A stretch of DNA of 64,000 bases from Candidatus Latescibacterota bacterium (GTDB lineage Bacteria; Latescibacterota; UBA2968; UBA8231): positions 320,001-384,000 of the forward strand of contig CBDCSU010000005.1 of the NCBI GenBank assembly GCA_965221775.1. Direction: 5' to 3'. The position numbers were made by a program, and so were the translations under genes. Under the pieces are notes generated by a model. It made no database searches. It had not been told where the DNA came from and saw nothing but the letters and a program-made list of their open reading frames with translations. Within the stretch, counting starts at the first letter, position 1. Each line of letters begins with the position of its first letter. Positions 38,541-49,008 of this stretch are shown piece after piece.

Positions 38541-41351
38541 TCATTCGTCGAATCCCAGGATGACCCGCAGGAAGGCGGAGGCGATGTCGAGATCCTCCCT
38601 CTGCCGGGCGGAATCGCCGTACTCGCGCCGGGTCCACTTCACCCCCAGGTTGGTGGCGATGTTGTACCCGAAGTAGGGAGACCGGTTCGTCAGCTGCACC
38701 ACCCGAACGACCTCCTCGTAGCTGTCGCGGCCATCGGCCAGGTCCTCCTTGCGCAGGGGCAGGCCCGGCAGCCCCTGGGTGCCGAGCCACAGGTGGGTGC
38801 GCGGCGTGATGTGGTAGGTGGCCTTGAGGATCGGTATGAAGGTCCACTCGTTGGCCAGGTCCACGATCAGGCTCTCCCGGGTCCTTCGCAGCACCAGTCC
38901 CTTGGCCTGGGCGATCACCTGCCAGCGGTCCGCCAGCTCCCTCACGTACTCGGCCCGGGCCACCATCGTCAGCCGGGTGATCGTGTCGGCCGCCTGGTCA
39001 CTGCCGTCGGAGAGGGTTGCCTCCTGCTGCTCGTTGACCGCATAGCGCAGGTTGCCGCCGAGACGCAGACCGCGGCCGGCCTTGAGGTCGGCCTCGACGT
39101 AGTGCTGCCGGTCCAGGCTGTCGCGGTACTCCAGCTGATCCGTCAGCCGGGTGGGGGCGTAGGTGGGCCAGAACTCGTGCCCGCCCAGAACCTCACCGTA
39201 GGTGATGTAGTTGTCCATGATGTCGTCATGGACCCGCTGGAGGCGGGTTTCGGCCCAGGCCGAGCCCCACCGGGGGCTGTGGCGGCGAAGGGTCACCACG
39301 CCGTAGGTGCTCTCGTTGCGGGCGCCGCTGGCGATCCCCGCCGCCCGCAGCCGGCCCGCCGTGAGGCGAAACCCGCCGGGCAGATGGAGCGACCCGAAGA
39401 GGTGGTGCCCGCTCTGGTCCAGCTCGTAGGGGTAGTCCGAGTCCAGGTCGTCCTCGCGGTGGTCCGGGATGCCGTTGTTGTTGGCGTCCCGTCCATAGGC
39501 ATACTCCTCCGGCTCCACGTCGTACAGCAGGAACGCCTCCAGGTAGTCGGGCACCTGGTTGCCGTTGCGGTTGGTGTCTGGAATCCGGTCGTTGTCCCGG
39601 TCGTTGCCCGGGAACACCCCGTCCGGGTCGTAGGGGATCGTCGTGTAGTGAGGACTCGGCCGGTGGCCGTGGCCGATGTCGGGGTAGCGGTCGTCGTCGT
39701 CGTTGTCCTGCACGAAGCCGCTGTCGTACTCCTCGGCGATGGAGAACAGCTCCCCCCCCACCTCCACCCGGCCCCGGCGCCACCGTCCGTTCACGTAGTA
39801 CGCGCCGGCGTCGGTGCTGCTGCGCGCCCCGTTCCAGCGGCGGATGCCCCTCACCTCCCGGTCCTCGCGGTACCCCGGCCGGCCGTCGGGAAACTCCCGG
39901 AACTCCACGTTGCGGGCGTATTCCCAGCGCACCTCGGCGTCGCCCCACTCCCAGGCCCCGTTGAGACCCCACAGGGCCCGGCCCGTCCACTCCCCCAGGT
40001 CCAGGCGCACCCACTCCAGGTTCGACATGTCCTGCACGTTGCCCGGGGAGCGGAGGACGGCGGTCACCCCCGGCGTCTCCTTCCTCTCGAGGTATCCGCT
40101 CGTGGAGACCAGGGTATTGCCGCCCACGCGGTAGTGGAACTCGTAGTTCTCCACCGCCGGGGCCGAGACGTAGAGGGGCAGCACCTCGACGCGGTAGTCG
40201 TTGCCCACCAGCGCCTCCACCTGCACCTGGCGGATGAACGGCTCCTGGCTCACGTCGAAGAAGGCGATGATCTGCTCGTGGCCGTCGGCCCGCAGTCCGG
40301 GCACGTCCGGCAGGGCCTCCACCCAGCGCAGCAGCTCCTCCAGGTTGACCTTGTCCGACACGTCCTCCCCCCGCAGGTGGTCGCGCAGGTAGAGGACGTC
40401 CGCGAAGCGCGTGCCCTGATCCAGGTAGACCGCCCGCCGGAACTGGCCGGAGAGTCTGTTCGTCGTGCCCACCGCGGTGGGATTCTGGCCGTTGATGCGA
40501 GCCAGGAAGGGCCGCAGGTCCGGGCGCTCCTCGCCGTTGACCTTCAGACGCACCTCCGCGACCACGGCGCCGGCCTGCAGGTCCTCCGGCGAATCGTCGG
40601 AGAGCCGCACCAGGTAGCCCACCGGCAGCACCTGCTCGGCCTGCAGCCCGCCGCGCAGCACGAAGCTCTCCTGCTCGGCGTCGAAGATGTGGAAGTTCAC
40701 CCCCGTCGCCCCCAGGGTCAGCGCCCCCAGCTCGACATCGCCGTGGGCCCCCAGAAGCATCGCCGAACTCCGGATCTCCTCGGCGGAGTCCCAGTGGTGC
40801 CAGGTGGGACCGCCGCCGTAGCGGCTGTCGGCGAAAGGCCCGGTGTACCGCTGCCCGATGACGGCCACACGGGTATTGCCCACCTGGCTGTCGAGGCGGA
40901 TGCCGTCGTAGCCCGGCAGGGCCAGGGTCAGCGGCGTGAACAGCGTGCGGATCTCCTCCCCGTAGATCAGGCTCGCCGCCCACCGCGCGTGCGACTCCCG
41001 CGCCACCAGGTTGCGCTCGAAACGCCGGAAACGGGGGAGGGTGCGGAAGGACTTGGGCAAGGCCGACGTCGTCGACGACCGGGTCTCCCGCCACTCGTAC
41101 ACGTCGTAGCCCTGAATCAGGAAGTTGCCCAGGGGGCCGTAGTAGTTGCGCCGCGAGAACCGGGTGAACTCCGGCAGCGTGTAGTCCTCGAAACCGTAGT
41201 TGAGGTAGGAGGGATCCGACCGGTAGAGGAAGGAACGGCCGGAGACGTCCTGGGCGAACCCCAGATGCGGGTCCTCCGCCCCCACCCGACCCGGCCCCCC
41301 CCAGGCGGGCATGAAGACCAGAGTCCAGACCGCGAGCCTCATCCGTCTCAT
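38541..41351 (-). CDS. Uncharacterised ~940-aa putative outer-membrane protein, paralogue A
   Basis: Signal peptide; FTPLTL, GIRLD, GVFPGNDRDNDRIPD...NNNG core; amphipathic C-terminal strands. Confidence 0.8.
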   Translation of the reverse strand: MRRMRLAVWTLVFMPAWGGPGRVGAEDPHLGFAQDVSGRSFLYRSDPSYLNYGFEDYTLPEFTRFSRRNYYGPLGNFLIQGYDVYEWRETRSSTTSALPKSFRTLPRFRRFERNLVARESHARWAASLIYGEEIRTLFTPLTLALPGYDGIRLDSQVGNTRVAVIGQRYTGPFADSRYGGGPTWHHWDSAEEIRSSAMLLGAHGDVELGALTLGATGVNFHIFDAEQESFVLRGGLQAEQVLPVGYLVRLSDDSPEDLQAGAVVAEVRLKVNGEERPDLRPFLARINGQNPTAVGTTNRLSGQFRRAVYLDQGTRFADVLYLRDHLRGEDVSDKVNLEELLRWVEALPDVPGLRADGHEQIIAFFDVSQEPFIRQVQVEALVGNDYRVEVLPLYVSAPAVENYEFHYRVGGNTLVSTSGYLERKETPGVTAVLRSPGNVQDMSNLEWVRLDLGEWTGRALWGLNGAWEWGDAEVRWEYARNVEFREFPDGRPGYREDREVRGIRRWNGARSSTDAGAYYVNGRWRRGRVEVGGELFSIAEEYDSGFVQDNDDDDRYPDIGHGHRPSPHYTTIPYDPDGVFPGNDRDNDRIPDTNRNGNQVPDYLEAFLLYDVEPEEYAYGRDANNNGIPDHREDDLDSDYPYELDQSGHHLFGSLHLPGGFRLTAGRLRAAGIASGARNESTYGVVTLRRHSPRWGSAWAETRLQRVHDDIMDNYITYGEVLGGHEFWPTYAPTRLTDQLEYRDSLDRQHYVEADLKAGRGLRLGGNLRYAVNEQQEATLSDGSDQAADTITRLTMVARAEYVRELADRWQVIAQAKGLVLRRTRESLIVDLANEWTFIPILKATYHITPRTHLWLGTQGLPGLPLRKEDLADGRDSYEEVVRVVQLTNRSPYFGYNIATNLGVKWTRREYGDSARQREDLDIASAFLRVILGFDE
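38548..41252 (-). repeat. ~2.7-kb inverted repeat, copy 1 (partner 51913-54620)
   Basis: Direct comparison: identity starts at CAGGACGTCTCCGGCCG just after the signal peptides and runs to CTGGGATTCGA. Confidence 0.9.
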
Positions 41352-44062
41352 CCCTGGAAGGGCTCCAGTCCCAGCAGCAGCCGGACGAACAGCAGCGAGC
41401 GCTCCACATCGAGCTGCTTCCGGCTCCTGTCCTCGAATCGAAGGGTCTTGGCGAGGTATCCGGCGTTCAGGGTCAGGTAGTAACCCTCGTACGTGGTGCG
41501 GTTGGTGACGGAGACGATGTAGTCCCTGCTGCCGTAGTCGACCTGGTCGTTGATCAGGTTCCTGTAGGTGCTGGACAGGAAGGGGAAACCCTGGGCCCCG
41601 GCGCTCAGACTGGTCTGGGGGGACAGGGCCACCGTGGCCACCACCATGGGGTAGAAGTAGCGCTCGGAGACGGGATGGACATGGATGTCACCGCCTCGCC
41701 TCCGGTAGGCCATGTACTTGGCCCTGGGCGTCACCGTCCACCGGTCCCTCTTCCAGGTGTAGCCGCTGCGCAGCACCCACGCCCACTCCTGGATCGTGTC
41801 GGCGGGCTGGAAGGCGGAGGCCCGCTGCCGATTGACCGTGTGCTTGAGCCGGCTGTTGACCTCCAGGTCCTTCACCCGGAGGAAGGTGGCGTCGAGGTGA
41901 GCCGTGTTGACGACGCTGTCCCTCATCAGCAGCGGGTCTTCGACCTGCGTCAGACCCTGGACGCTGGCCACCGAGGTGGGGTCGATCGGCAGTCCGTGGG
42001 GCGTGAAGAAGCCGAACTGGGGGGAATCGTCGGCGATGTCGTCATGGACCCGCTTGAAGAAGTCGGAGAAGTCGATCGAGGCATAGGGGAAGAGGGTGCG
42101 CCGGTAGTTCAGGCGCACGTAGTTGACGCGGTTCTTGCCCGGTCCCCAGATCTCGCGGACATGGAAGCGCCCCGCGCTCAGTTCCAGGGCCTCCACCGGC
42201 TCGACGGTGCCGAAGAGGTGATACCCCTTCCTGTCCGTCGGATAGGGGTAGTCCGGCCGGAAGTCGTCCTCGCGGTGATCGATCACCCCGTTGTTGTTCA
42301 TGTCGTCGCCGTAGTCGTACTCCAGGGGATCGACATGGTAGAGCAGGAAAGGCTCGTTGTAGTCGGGCTCGGCGTTGCCGTTCTCGTTCACGTCGGTCCG
42401 GCCGTCCTGGTCCCGGTCGAGTCCAGGGAAGACGCCGTCCCCATCGCCGAAGCTCTTGTTGAGGAAATGGAAGTCGGGCCACAGGTCCTTGTCGTCGTTG
42501 TCGTCCACCGTGTCGAGGATGACGGTGTCGTTGTACCTGTCCTGCCAGTTCGGAGCGACCTCTCCGATGAAGGGACTGCCGAGGTCATCGGAGTAGGTCC
42601 AGTACTCCCTGCTCTGCACGGAGAGGGAAGTGCCGTAGAGGGGGTCCATCCGGAAGTACTCGCCGGCCAGGCGAAACCACGCGAGCTGCTTCCTGGCGTG
42701 GACGAAGAAGGCATCCGCCGTCTCCCGGTGCCAGCGGCTGCGCCCGATCGTGCTCGGATACTGGAGGTAGTTGAAGCTGCGGGCGTACTCCCCGCGCACC
42801 TGGAATCCCTCCCGGTCCAGTTCCAGGCGCAGGCTGCCCGTGGTGCGGCCGCTCTGGCGGCCGTACTCGAAGGAGACGCGGCGCAGATTGCCCAGGTCGC
42901 CCACGTTTCCCTCCTGGGACGCCACGTCGCGGAAGAAGGTGGCCCGCACCACCCGGAGGTCCGGGTTGCTGGTGGTGGCCGCCGCCGCGGGCAGGAAGAC
43001 CTCGGAGAGGCTGATGCGGTAGTCGTTGGCCACCAGGGCGCTGAAGCGGACGGACTCGACCTCGTCGCGCATCTCCTGGGGGATCTTGAACCAGTAGATG
43101 AGATACTCGGTCCCGTTGGCCTCCAGGAAGCCCTGGGCGCCGGGGTCCTGAAGGGGCAGGTCCCCCTTCAGGAACTCGATGTAGGGAGGAATCGTGAAGC
43201 CCGGCCGGAAGGCCCTGTCCCCGTTCGGGAAGTGCGGATTCACCACGTCGGCGTCGTGGCGGGTCACGCTGACTTCCACGGCGTCGTTGAGGGGGCCGTC
43301 GACGCGAACGTCGTAGACCCGCGCGCCCCGGCCGTCGTCCTCCGAGCCGTCGCTGATCCTCACGGCCAGATAGGCGGGAGGATTCTTCAGCCGCGAAGGC
43401 AGCACGCCCTTGAGGCTGTTGTCCCCGAAGCCGACGAAGCTGTCGGTGCGCAGGAGGTTGGCGTAGGAGAGGCTCACTCGGAGGGCTCCCGCCCTGTGCG
43501 CGAGGTGACCGCCGAGGAGGTAGGTGGGCTCGTTCGTCAACATGTGGAACTCGTTGTCGTCGTCGTTGTAGATCGGCCAGTCGAACCGCGACGACACCGC
43601 GGTGGCCTGCGTGCTTCCGAGGTCCACGTCCCAGCGAATCCCGTTCAACTGGGCCAGGTCCAGGGTCAGGGGAGTGAACTTGGTGCGTATCCGGTTCCCC
43701 ACCATCAGCCGGCTGGCCCAGTCCTTGTGGGTATCGTGGGCCACCACGAGGTTGCCCACGAGGGCCCGGAACTGCGGGTCCTTGTTCAGCATGCTCCCGG
43801 GATCCCACTCCATGGGCCGCGTCTCCTGGCTGCGCCAGATCTCGGTGCCGTCGAGGAGGAAGTTGCCCAGCTCGTCGAAGACGGGGGCCCGGATCTGCGA
43901 CCACAGAGAGGCCGTGTACTCCCTGTGACCGGTGCGGGCGTAGTACTGCTCATAGTCGCGGACCGGCTCGTAGAGGAGCTGGCTCTCCCCGGGCCCCGAG
44001 GACAGTATCAGCCAGGCGGCCAGCGGAGCAGCGGAGAATCCAGGTATTCCACCCACCCTCAT
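41348..44062 (-). CDS. Uncharacterised ~900-aa putative outer-membrane protein, paralogue C
   Basis: ATG at 44062, 2 nt after the upstream stop; same motifs (FTPLTL, GIRWD, GVFPGLDRDQDG, NNNG). Confidence 0.8.
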   Translation of the reverse strand: MRVGGIPGFSAAPLAAWLILSSGPGESQLLYEPVRDYEQYYARTGHREYTASLWSQIRAPVFDELGNFLLDGTEIWRSQETRPMEWDPGSMLNKDPQFRALVGNLVVAHDTHKDWASRLMVGNRIRTKFTPLTLDLAQLNGIRWDVDLGSTQATAVSSRFDWPIYNDDDNEFHMLTNEPTYLLGGHLAHRAGALRVSLSYANLLRTDSFVGFGDNSLKGVLPSRLKNPPAYLAVRISDGSEDDGRGARVYDVRVDGPLNDAVEVSVTRHDADVVNPHFPNGDRAFRPGFTIPPYIEFLKGDLPLQDPGAQGFLEANGTEYLIYWFKIPQEMRDEVESVRFSALVANDYRISLSEVFLPAAAATTSNPDLRVVRATFFRDVASQEGNVGDLGNLRRVSFEYGRQSGRTTGSLRLELDREGFQVRGEYARSFNYLQYPSTIGRSRWHRETADAFFVHARKQLAWFRLAGEYFRMDPLYGTSLSVQSREYWTYSDDLGSPFIGEVAPNWQDRYNDTVILDTVDDNDDKDLWPDFHFLNKSFGDGDGVFPGLDRDQDGRTDVNENGNAEPDYNEPFLLYHVDPLEYDYGDDMNNNGVIDHREDDFRPDYPYPTDRKGYHLFGTVEPVEALELSAGRFHVREIWGPGKNRVNYVRLNYRRTLFPYASIDFSDFFKRVHDDIADDSPQFGFFTPHGLPIDPTSVASVQGLTQVEDPLLMRDSVVNTAHLDATFLRVKDLEVNSRLKHTVNRQRASAFQPADTIQEWAWVLRSGYTWKRDRWTVTPRAKYMAYRRRGGDIHVHPVSERYFYPMVVATVALSPQTSLSAGAQGFPFLSSTYRNLINDQVDYGSRDYIVSVTNRTTYEGYYLTLNAGYLAKTLRFEDRSRKQLDVERSLLFVRLLLGLEPFQG

Positions 44063-44064
44063 GG

Positions 44065-46893
44065 CTACAGGATCCTCGCCTGGATGAAGAACTCGCTGAG
44101 CCGCTGGGTCCGCCGGCTCGGCAGGTTGACGAACTCCGAGCGGCTGGAGCGGAAGCCGAGATTCGTGCTCACGTCGTAGCCGGTGTAGTTGCTCAGGTTC
44201 TGGATGAGGACGATCCAGTGGCGCGCGTCGAAGTCCCTCGACGCCGCCTCGGCATCGCGGAACCGGTGGGCCCACGGCAGTCCCTGCACGCCCGCGCGGA
44301 GGGTTGTGTGCTCACTCAGGGCATAGTCGGCCCTGAGAATGGGGATGATCTCGTGGCTCTCCAGGGGCATGACGAGATCCTCGGGCGCCGACCGCCGCCG
44401 CAGGGCGAGCTTCACCATCGGGCTCAGGGTCAGCCCGCCCCTGACAAAGGCGTAGTCCGCTTTGCTCACGAGGCTCCAATCGAGGATGTCGTCTCCCAAC
44501 CCGGGCCGGCTGTCCCTGCGGTTGTTCCACTCGACCTTGGCTGCCTGGATGACGTTGAGCCCCTCGATGCCGGTGTAATGCCCCTTTGCGAAGAGGGTGT
44601 TCACGAGGCTGTTCTCCATCAGCATCAGATCGGGCCGCGGTCGAATGGCCACGTTGACCTGGGTCTGGGGCTCGATCACCGCCTCGTACAGTGGATTGGC
44701 TATGTCGTCGCGAACACGCTTGAGGCGCCAGCGGGCGATGAATCGGCCCGCTTCGCTCCCCTCCAACGTGTAGCCCAGCTCGCCGTAGGTCACCTCGTTC
44801 CGGCCCGCCGCCGCTCGCTGCCGAACCCCGTACCGCCCGAGACGCAGCGCTGCTTTCTCGAAGGGCTGGGCCGAGGCAAAGCCGTGGTAGCCCCGGCTGT
44901 CCAGGTCGTAGGGGAGGTCCGGCTTGTTGTCGTTCTCGCGCACGTCGACGACGCCGTTGTTGTTGAAGTCCTCCCCGTACACGAAGTCGTCCGGCTCGAC
45001 GTAGTACATGAGGAAGGGCTCGAGATAGTCCGGGAACTGGTTGCGGTTGACGTTGGTGTCCACCACCCCGTCCTCGTCCTGGTCCAGGCCCGGGAATACC
45101 CCGTGCCCTCCGCCCAGACCAAACTCGCCGGCCGCATCGGGCCGGATGGCGTCCACGTCGATTCCCGAGGCGTTGGCATAGGCGATGTAGACGGGGTCCA
45201 GAGGGTCCCAGTGCTCCACCTTGTCCGGCCACTCGTCCCCGTCGTCGTTGTCCTCCACCAAGTCCCACCCCAGGACGGCCTGCTGGCCTTCGGACCACAC
45301 GGGCAACGAGACCTGGTAGGTGGGAGGGACGTCGAAGAGCTCCAACCCCACGTCCGCGAGGGACCCCTCCTGCAGGAGACGCACGTAGTACGCGCTCGTG
45401 GCGCGGCTGTCCCGGCGGCCTGCGAAGGGGAAGCGGGCGTGCTGGACGTTGCTGATGTACTCCGCCTCGAGGTTGGCGCCGCCGATCTTCGCCTCCACCG
45501 TGCTGCCGAACTGGACGAGGCCCGTGGGGAAGGCGTAGTCGACGGTGACCCAGCCCATGTTCGACCCGTCCTGCACGTTGCCGGGCGCCCGCTTGACGTT
45601 GTGCCAGTCGCTCCAGAGCGAGGTGCCGCCACCGAAGAAGCCGTAGGCGGCGCCCACGTCGAGGCTGTAGTCTCCGGCCACCTGCACCCGGAACTGCAGG
45701 CTCTGGGGATCGCCGGGTATCTCGTAGCGCAGTACCAGCAGGTCCGTGCCGCCCACCTCAAGCGGAAAGGGCCCGTCGAGGGGGATGCCCTCCCTGGCGA
45801 AGAGTCCCGTGCGCTCGACGAAGATCCGGTCGGCATTGAAGATCCGGGGTGCCCACGCTCCGTCCCGGCGAATGTGGGGAACTTCACTCACCTCCACGAC
45901 TTGGGGGATCAGCTTCACCTCGGGCTCCGCGTCCACCCGCTGCCGGTCGACGTACAGCTCCACCGCGAACAGATCGACACCGTCTCCGTCCCCGGGCGAA
46001 TCGTCGCTGATGACCAGGTAGAAGGACGACGTGCCGGTCAGGCGCGAAGGGACGTCCCCCCGAAGGCTCGTGTTCCGCCGGGACGCATCCTGCAGGTGGA
46101 GGTTCACGTAGGAGGCCCCGAAGGTCAGGATGTCGCCGAACTGGCTGCTCCAGTGGCCTCCGAAGAGGTAGTGGGTGAAGTGTCGCGACCCCGTCAGCGG
46201 CCGGGGCACCCGGGAGGAGATCAGGGAGAAGCTGTTGCGGTGGGAGGACGCATCCCAGCGGAGCCCCTCGAGGCGGGACAGGTTCAGGGTCAGTGGAGTG
46301 AACCGGCCGTCCAGGAGGTCGCCGATCATGAACCGGGTGGACCAGCCGCCGAAGGCGTCGCGGAGGATCACCATGTTGCGGAACTGGCCCAGACCCCAAC
46401 CGGGAACCCTGCTGCTGCGCGCGGGGTCCAGGGTGCCGTACTCCTCGATCCGCAGGATCTCCACCCCGTCGACCAAGTAGGAGCCGAAGGGATCGTAGGT
46501 GGGGCGCTCCGGACGGAATCCGTAGTCCCGGTAGCTGAGGAAACTGTAGTTCTCGTAGCGCTCGTCCCAGAGGGGACGCAGCTCCCGGTTCAGGAAATCC
46601 TGCTGTCCCGACCAGTAGTCCTCGGGGGAGCGCTGTGCCAGGCAGGGTGCGGCCAGGCTGCCTGCCAGCAACCACACGGCAAGACCCGCCGCCCGGCGGC
46701 GCCGTGTCCGGCCAGCGGCGCCGGACGGGCCACCGGCGCGGCGGCCTCGGGCGATCGGGTGACCCGCATGATCCTCAAACCGATGGAAGGCGGGACGTTG
46801 CTCGACCGGGGGGCCGACCTCCAGTACAGGCGCGGCCCCTTCGGGCCCATCACCCGTCCCGTTCGTCCTCTCGGAGGCCTCGTCGGTTGCCAA
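44065..46893 (-). CDS. Uncharacterised ~900-aa putative outer-membrane protein, paralogue D (start uncertain)
   Basis: Signal-like RRRRAAGLAVWLLAGSLAAPCLA; FTPLTL, GLRWD, GVFPGLDQDEDG, NNNG. Confidence 0.8.
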   Translation of the reverse strand: MATDEASERTNGTGDGPEGAAPVLEVGPPVEQRPAFHRFEDHAGHPIARGRRAGGPSGAAGRTRRRRAAGLAVWLLAGSLAAPCLAQRSPEDYWSGQQDFLNRELRPLWDERYENYSFLSYRDYGFRPERPTYDPFGSYLVDGVEILRIEEYGTLDPARSSRVPGWGLGQFRNMVILRDAFGGWSTRFMIGDLLDGRFTPLTLNLSRLEGLRWDASSHRNSFSLISSRVPRPLTGSRHFTHYLFGGHWSSQFGDILTFGASYVNLHLQDASRRNTSLRGDVPSRLTGTSSFYLVISDDSPGDGDGVDLFAVELYVDRQRVDAEPEVKLIPQVVEVSEVPHIRRDGAWAPRIFNADRIFVERTGLFAREGIPLDGPFPLEVGGTDLLVLRYEIPGDPQSLQFRVQVAGDYSLDVGAAYGFFGGGTSLWSDWHNVKRAPGNVQDGSNMGWVTVDYAFPTGLVQFGSTVEAKIGGANLEAEYISNVQHARFPFAGRRDSRATSAYYVRLLQEGSLADVGLELFDVPPTYQVSLPVWSEGQQAVLGWDLVEDNDDGDEWPDKVEHWDPLDPVYIAYANASGIDVDAIRPDAAGEFGLGGGHGVFPGLDQDEDGVVDTNVNRNQFPDYLEPFLMYYVEPDDFVYGEDFNNNGVVDVRENDNKPDLPYDLDSRGYHGFASAQPFEKAALRLGRYGVRQRAAAGRNEVTYGELGYTLEGSEAGRFIARWRLKRVRDDIANPLYEAVIEPQTQVNVAIRPRPDLMLMENSLVNTLFAKGHYTGIEGLNVIQAAKVEWNNRRDSRPGLGDDILDWSLVSKADYAFVRGGLTLSPMVKLALRRRSAPEDLVMPLESHEIIPILRADYALSEHTTLRAGVQGLPWAHRFRDAEAASRDFDARHWIVLIQNLSNYTGYDVSTNLGFRSSRSEFVNLPSRRTQRLSEFFIQARIL

Positions 46894-46920
46894 GTCAAGC
46901 CAGACAGGAAGCGAAGCTTC

Positions 46921-48987
46921 TCAGTAAGCCACCCCTACGACGCCGGTGGCGGTTTCGGTCCCGGCGTCGAGCTCCACCTGGACGCGGTAGAGGTAGTTGC
47001 CCGGCGGCACCAGCCGGCCTTCGTCGTCCCTGCCGTCCCAGTATCCGGGGACGATACCCCGTGCCCCGCTGACGAGGCGCAGGTAGACGCCGGCCGCCAG
47101 GGGGGACGGCTTCAGATCGCGCACCAGAGCGCCCCGGAGGTCGAAGATGCGCAGTCCCAGGTCGCGGGGCGTGTCTACCTTGCTGAGAATGAACTCGATG
47201 ACGGTGTCATCGTTGATGTCGTCACCGTTGGGTGTGAACACGGAGGGATTGGCGCGGACGTTCGACAAGGCGTCCTCGGGAGAGGTCGTCGGGACCACCG
47301 CCCAGGAGAAGGGCTCGCCCGTGCTCTCGTCCATACCGAGGCTCTCGGCCACGTTGACGGGGTTGTCCGACCCGGGGCTGAAGAGAAAGACGCGGAACTC
47401 GTGGCTGTTCGCGTGGGAGCGGGCCCGAAAGGGTATCTGCAGTTGGTCGATGTCGCGCACCGGCTCGGAGAAGACGAGCTCAAGCGCATCCTGCGTGGAG
47501 ATCCAGCTCTCCAGGATCCCCTGGAGCTGACCGTCGTCGACCAGTCGGGCCTCGCTGGGGACGGCGACGCGGAGCCGCTCGATCCCCGAGTCTTCGGGGG
47601 AAAAGGCCAGGTCCAGGGTGCACACGAAGAGGGTGTCGGCACCCATGGACACGCGGTTGGGCGAGATCCTGGAATGGGCGCCGGAAACGGCGATCTCCTC
47701 GGTCGTGTAGTCCAGCTCCAGGCTGTGCAATGCCGGCGTGCGCCGCTGGTCCCTGGACTCCAGGGCGACCCGGTATTGGAGCCAGGCTCCCGGCTCCGAG
47801 GCGGGGAACCAGACCTCTCCACTCGACAGAGGGGTGCTCCACCCCCGCTTGGGATCCTCGAAGTCCGACGGGGAATTCCCCGTCCGGAACTGGACGAAGA
47901 GATCCGTGCGCTCGGGGATCTCGGCATCCCAGCGCACGCGGCCGAAATTCTTGGCCTGGTCGGGCGCGCCCAGCGAGAGAGGATCGGAGAGGTATGTGCC
48001 CTCGTCCGTGTACCCGTCTCCGTAGACCTCCACCTCGGCCACCTTGGGAGGGCTCACGGAGTTGATGTCGACGATCACGACTCGCACGTACCGGGTCCAC
48101 ACCGGCGTAAAGCGCACCTCGGTCCAGTCGAACTTCTCGATATCGTGGATGACGCCCACCTCGGTCCAGCGGACCCGGTCGTCGCTGACCTGCACCGAGT
48201 AGCCCCTCAACGAATTCTCCTCCAGCTGGCCGGGATTGCTCCCCCTGGTGATGACGCGGACGCTGCTGACGTTGCGCCTGACCTGCAGATCCACACTGGC
48301 CGAGTAGTTGAGAGCAGAGGTGGGCGGGTCCCAGGAGGTGTTCAGCTTGCCGTCCACGACTTCCACACGGTTGCTCGGCTTGTCGAGGGCCAGGTTCTGG
48401 CCGCGAATCTGACTGAGAACCAGGCTTCCCTGCCGGGCGCCCACGTCGATCCCCGACGGGAACCCGGAGACGATCTCGATCTCCGGGTCGAGCAGATCCT
48501 GGATCCGGGCGCGCTCGACCGCCCCCTGCTGCACGGCCTGCCACGCCGGATCGTCCTCCGGATCGGCCGTCGTCCACTCGAGACCCTGCTGCTCGAAGGA
48601 GGTCCAGTACCACCCCTGCACCACCTGGTTCGTGGTCGTCTCGATCCGGTACTCGTCGGTGACCACCGCGGCGATGAGGCCGTTGCCGGCGCCGGCGCCG
48701 CGGTTGACGACCTTCACGGCGATGTCATTCCCCGCATTCCCGTCCTGCACCTGGACGGCATAGACCTGCATCCGGGTACCGAGAGAGTCCCCGCCGAGGA
48801 GCACGCCGTTGAAGTAGACCTCGTAGCTGTCCACGGCGGCCACGTGGAGCCTGGCCTCGAGAGCGGCGTCGGAAACGAAGTTGGAACGGAAGTAGGTGGT
48901 GCTACGCCACGAACTCTGCTCCCAGGTCTGCGCGGTGACCGCAGCCGTGCAGCAGAGCACGATGAGGGAGGTGAAGCGGATAGACAT
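46921..48987 (-). CDS. Secreted protein with a discoidin/F5-F8-like domain and an FTPNGD + FlgD-Ig C-terminal domain
   Basis: Signal peptide; NLALDKP...YSVQVSDD...TRYVRV...VAEVEVYG; NPSVFTPNGDDIND...WDGRDDEGRLVPPGNYLY. Confidence 0.8.
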   Translation of the reverse strand: MSIRFTSLIVLCCTAAVTAQTWEQSSWRSTTYFRSNFVSDAALEARLHVAAVDSYEVYFNGVLLGGDSLGTRMQVYAVQVQDGNAGNDIAVKVVNRGAGAGNGLIAAVVTDEYRIETTTNQVVQGWYWTSFEQQGLEWTTADPEDDPAWQAVQQGAVERARIQDLLDPEIEIVSGFPSGIDVGARQGSLVLSQIRGQNLALDKPSNRVEVVDGKLNTSWDPPTSALNYSASVDLQVRRNVSSVRVITRGSNPGQLEENSLRGYSVQVSDDRVRWTEVGVIHDIEKFDWTEVRFTPVWTRYVRVVIVDINSVSPPKVAEVEVYGDGYTDEGTYLSDPLSLGAPDQAKNFGRVRWDAEIPERTDLFVQFRTGNSPSDFEDPKRGWSTPLSSGEVWFPASEPGAWLQYRVALESRDQRRTPALHSLELDYTTEEIAVSGAHSRISPNRVSMGADTLFVCTLDLAFSPEDSGIERLRVAVPSEARLVDDGQLQGILESWISTQDALELVFSEPVRDIDQLQIPFRARSHANSHEFRVFLFSPGSDNPVNVAESLGMDESTGEPFSWAVVPTTSPEDALSNVRANPSVFTPNGDDINDDTVIEFILSKVDTPRDLGLRIFDLRGALVRDLKPSPLAAGVYLRLVSGARGIVPGYWDGRDDEGRLVPPGNYLYRVQVELDAGTETATGVVGVAY

Positions 48988-49008
48988 CAGGCGGTTTCCC
49001 TTGCCGAT

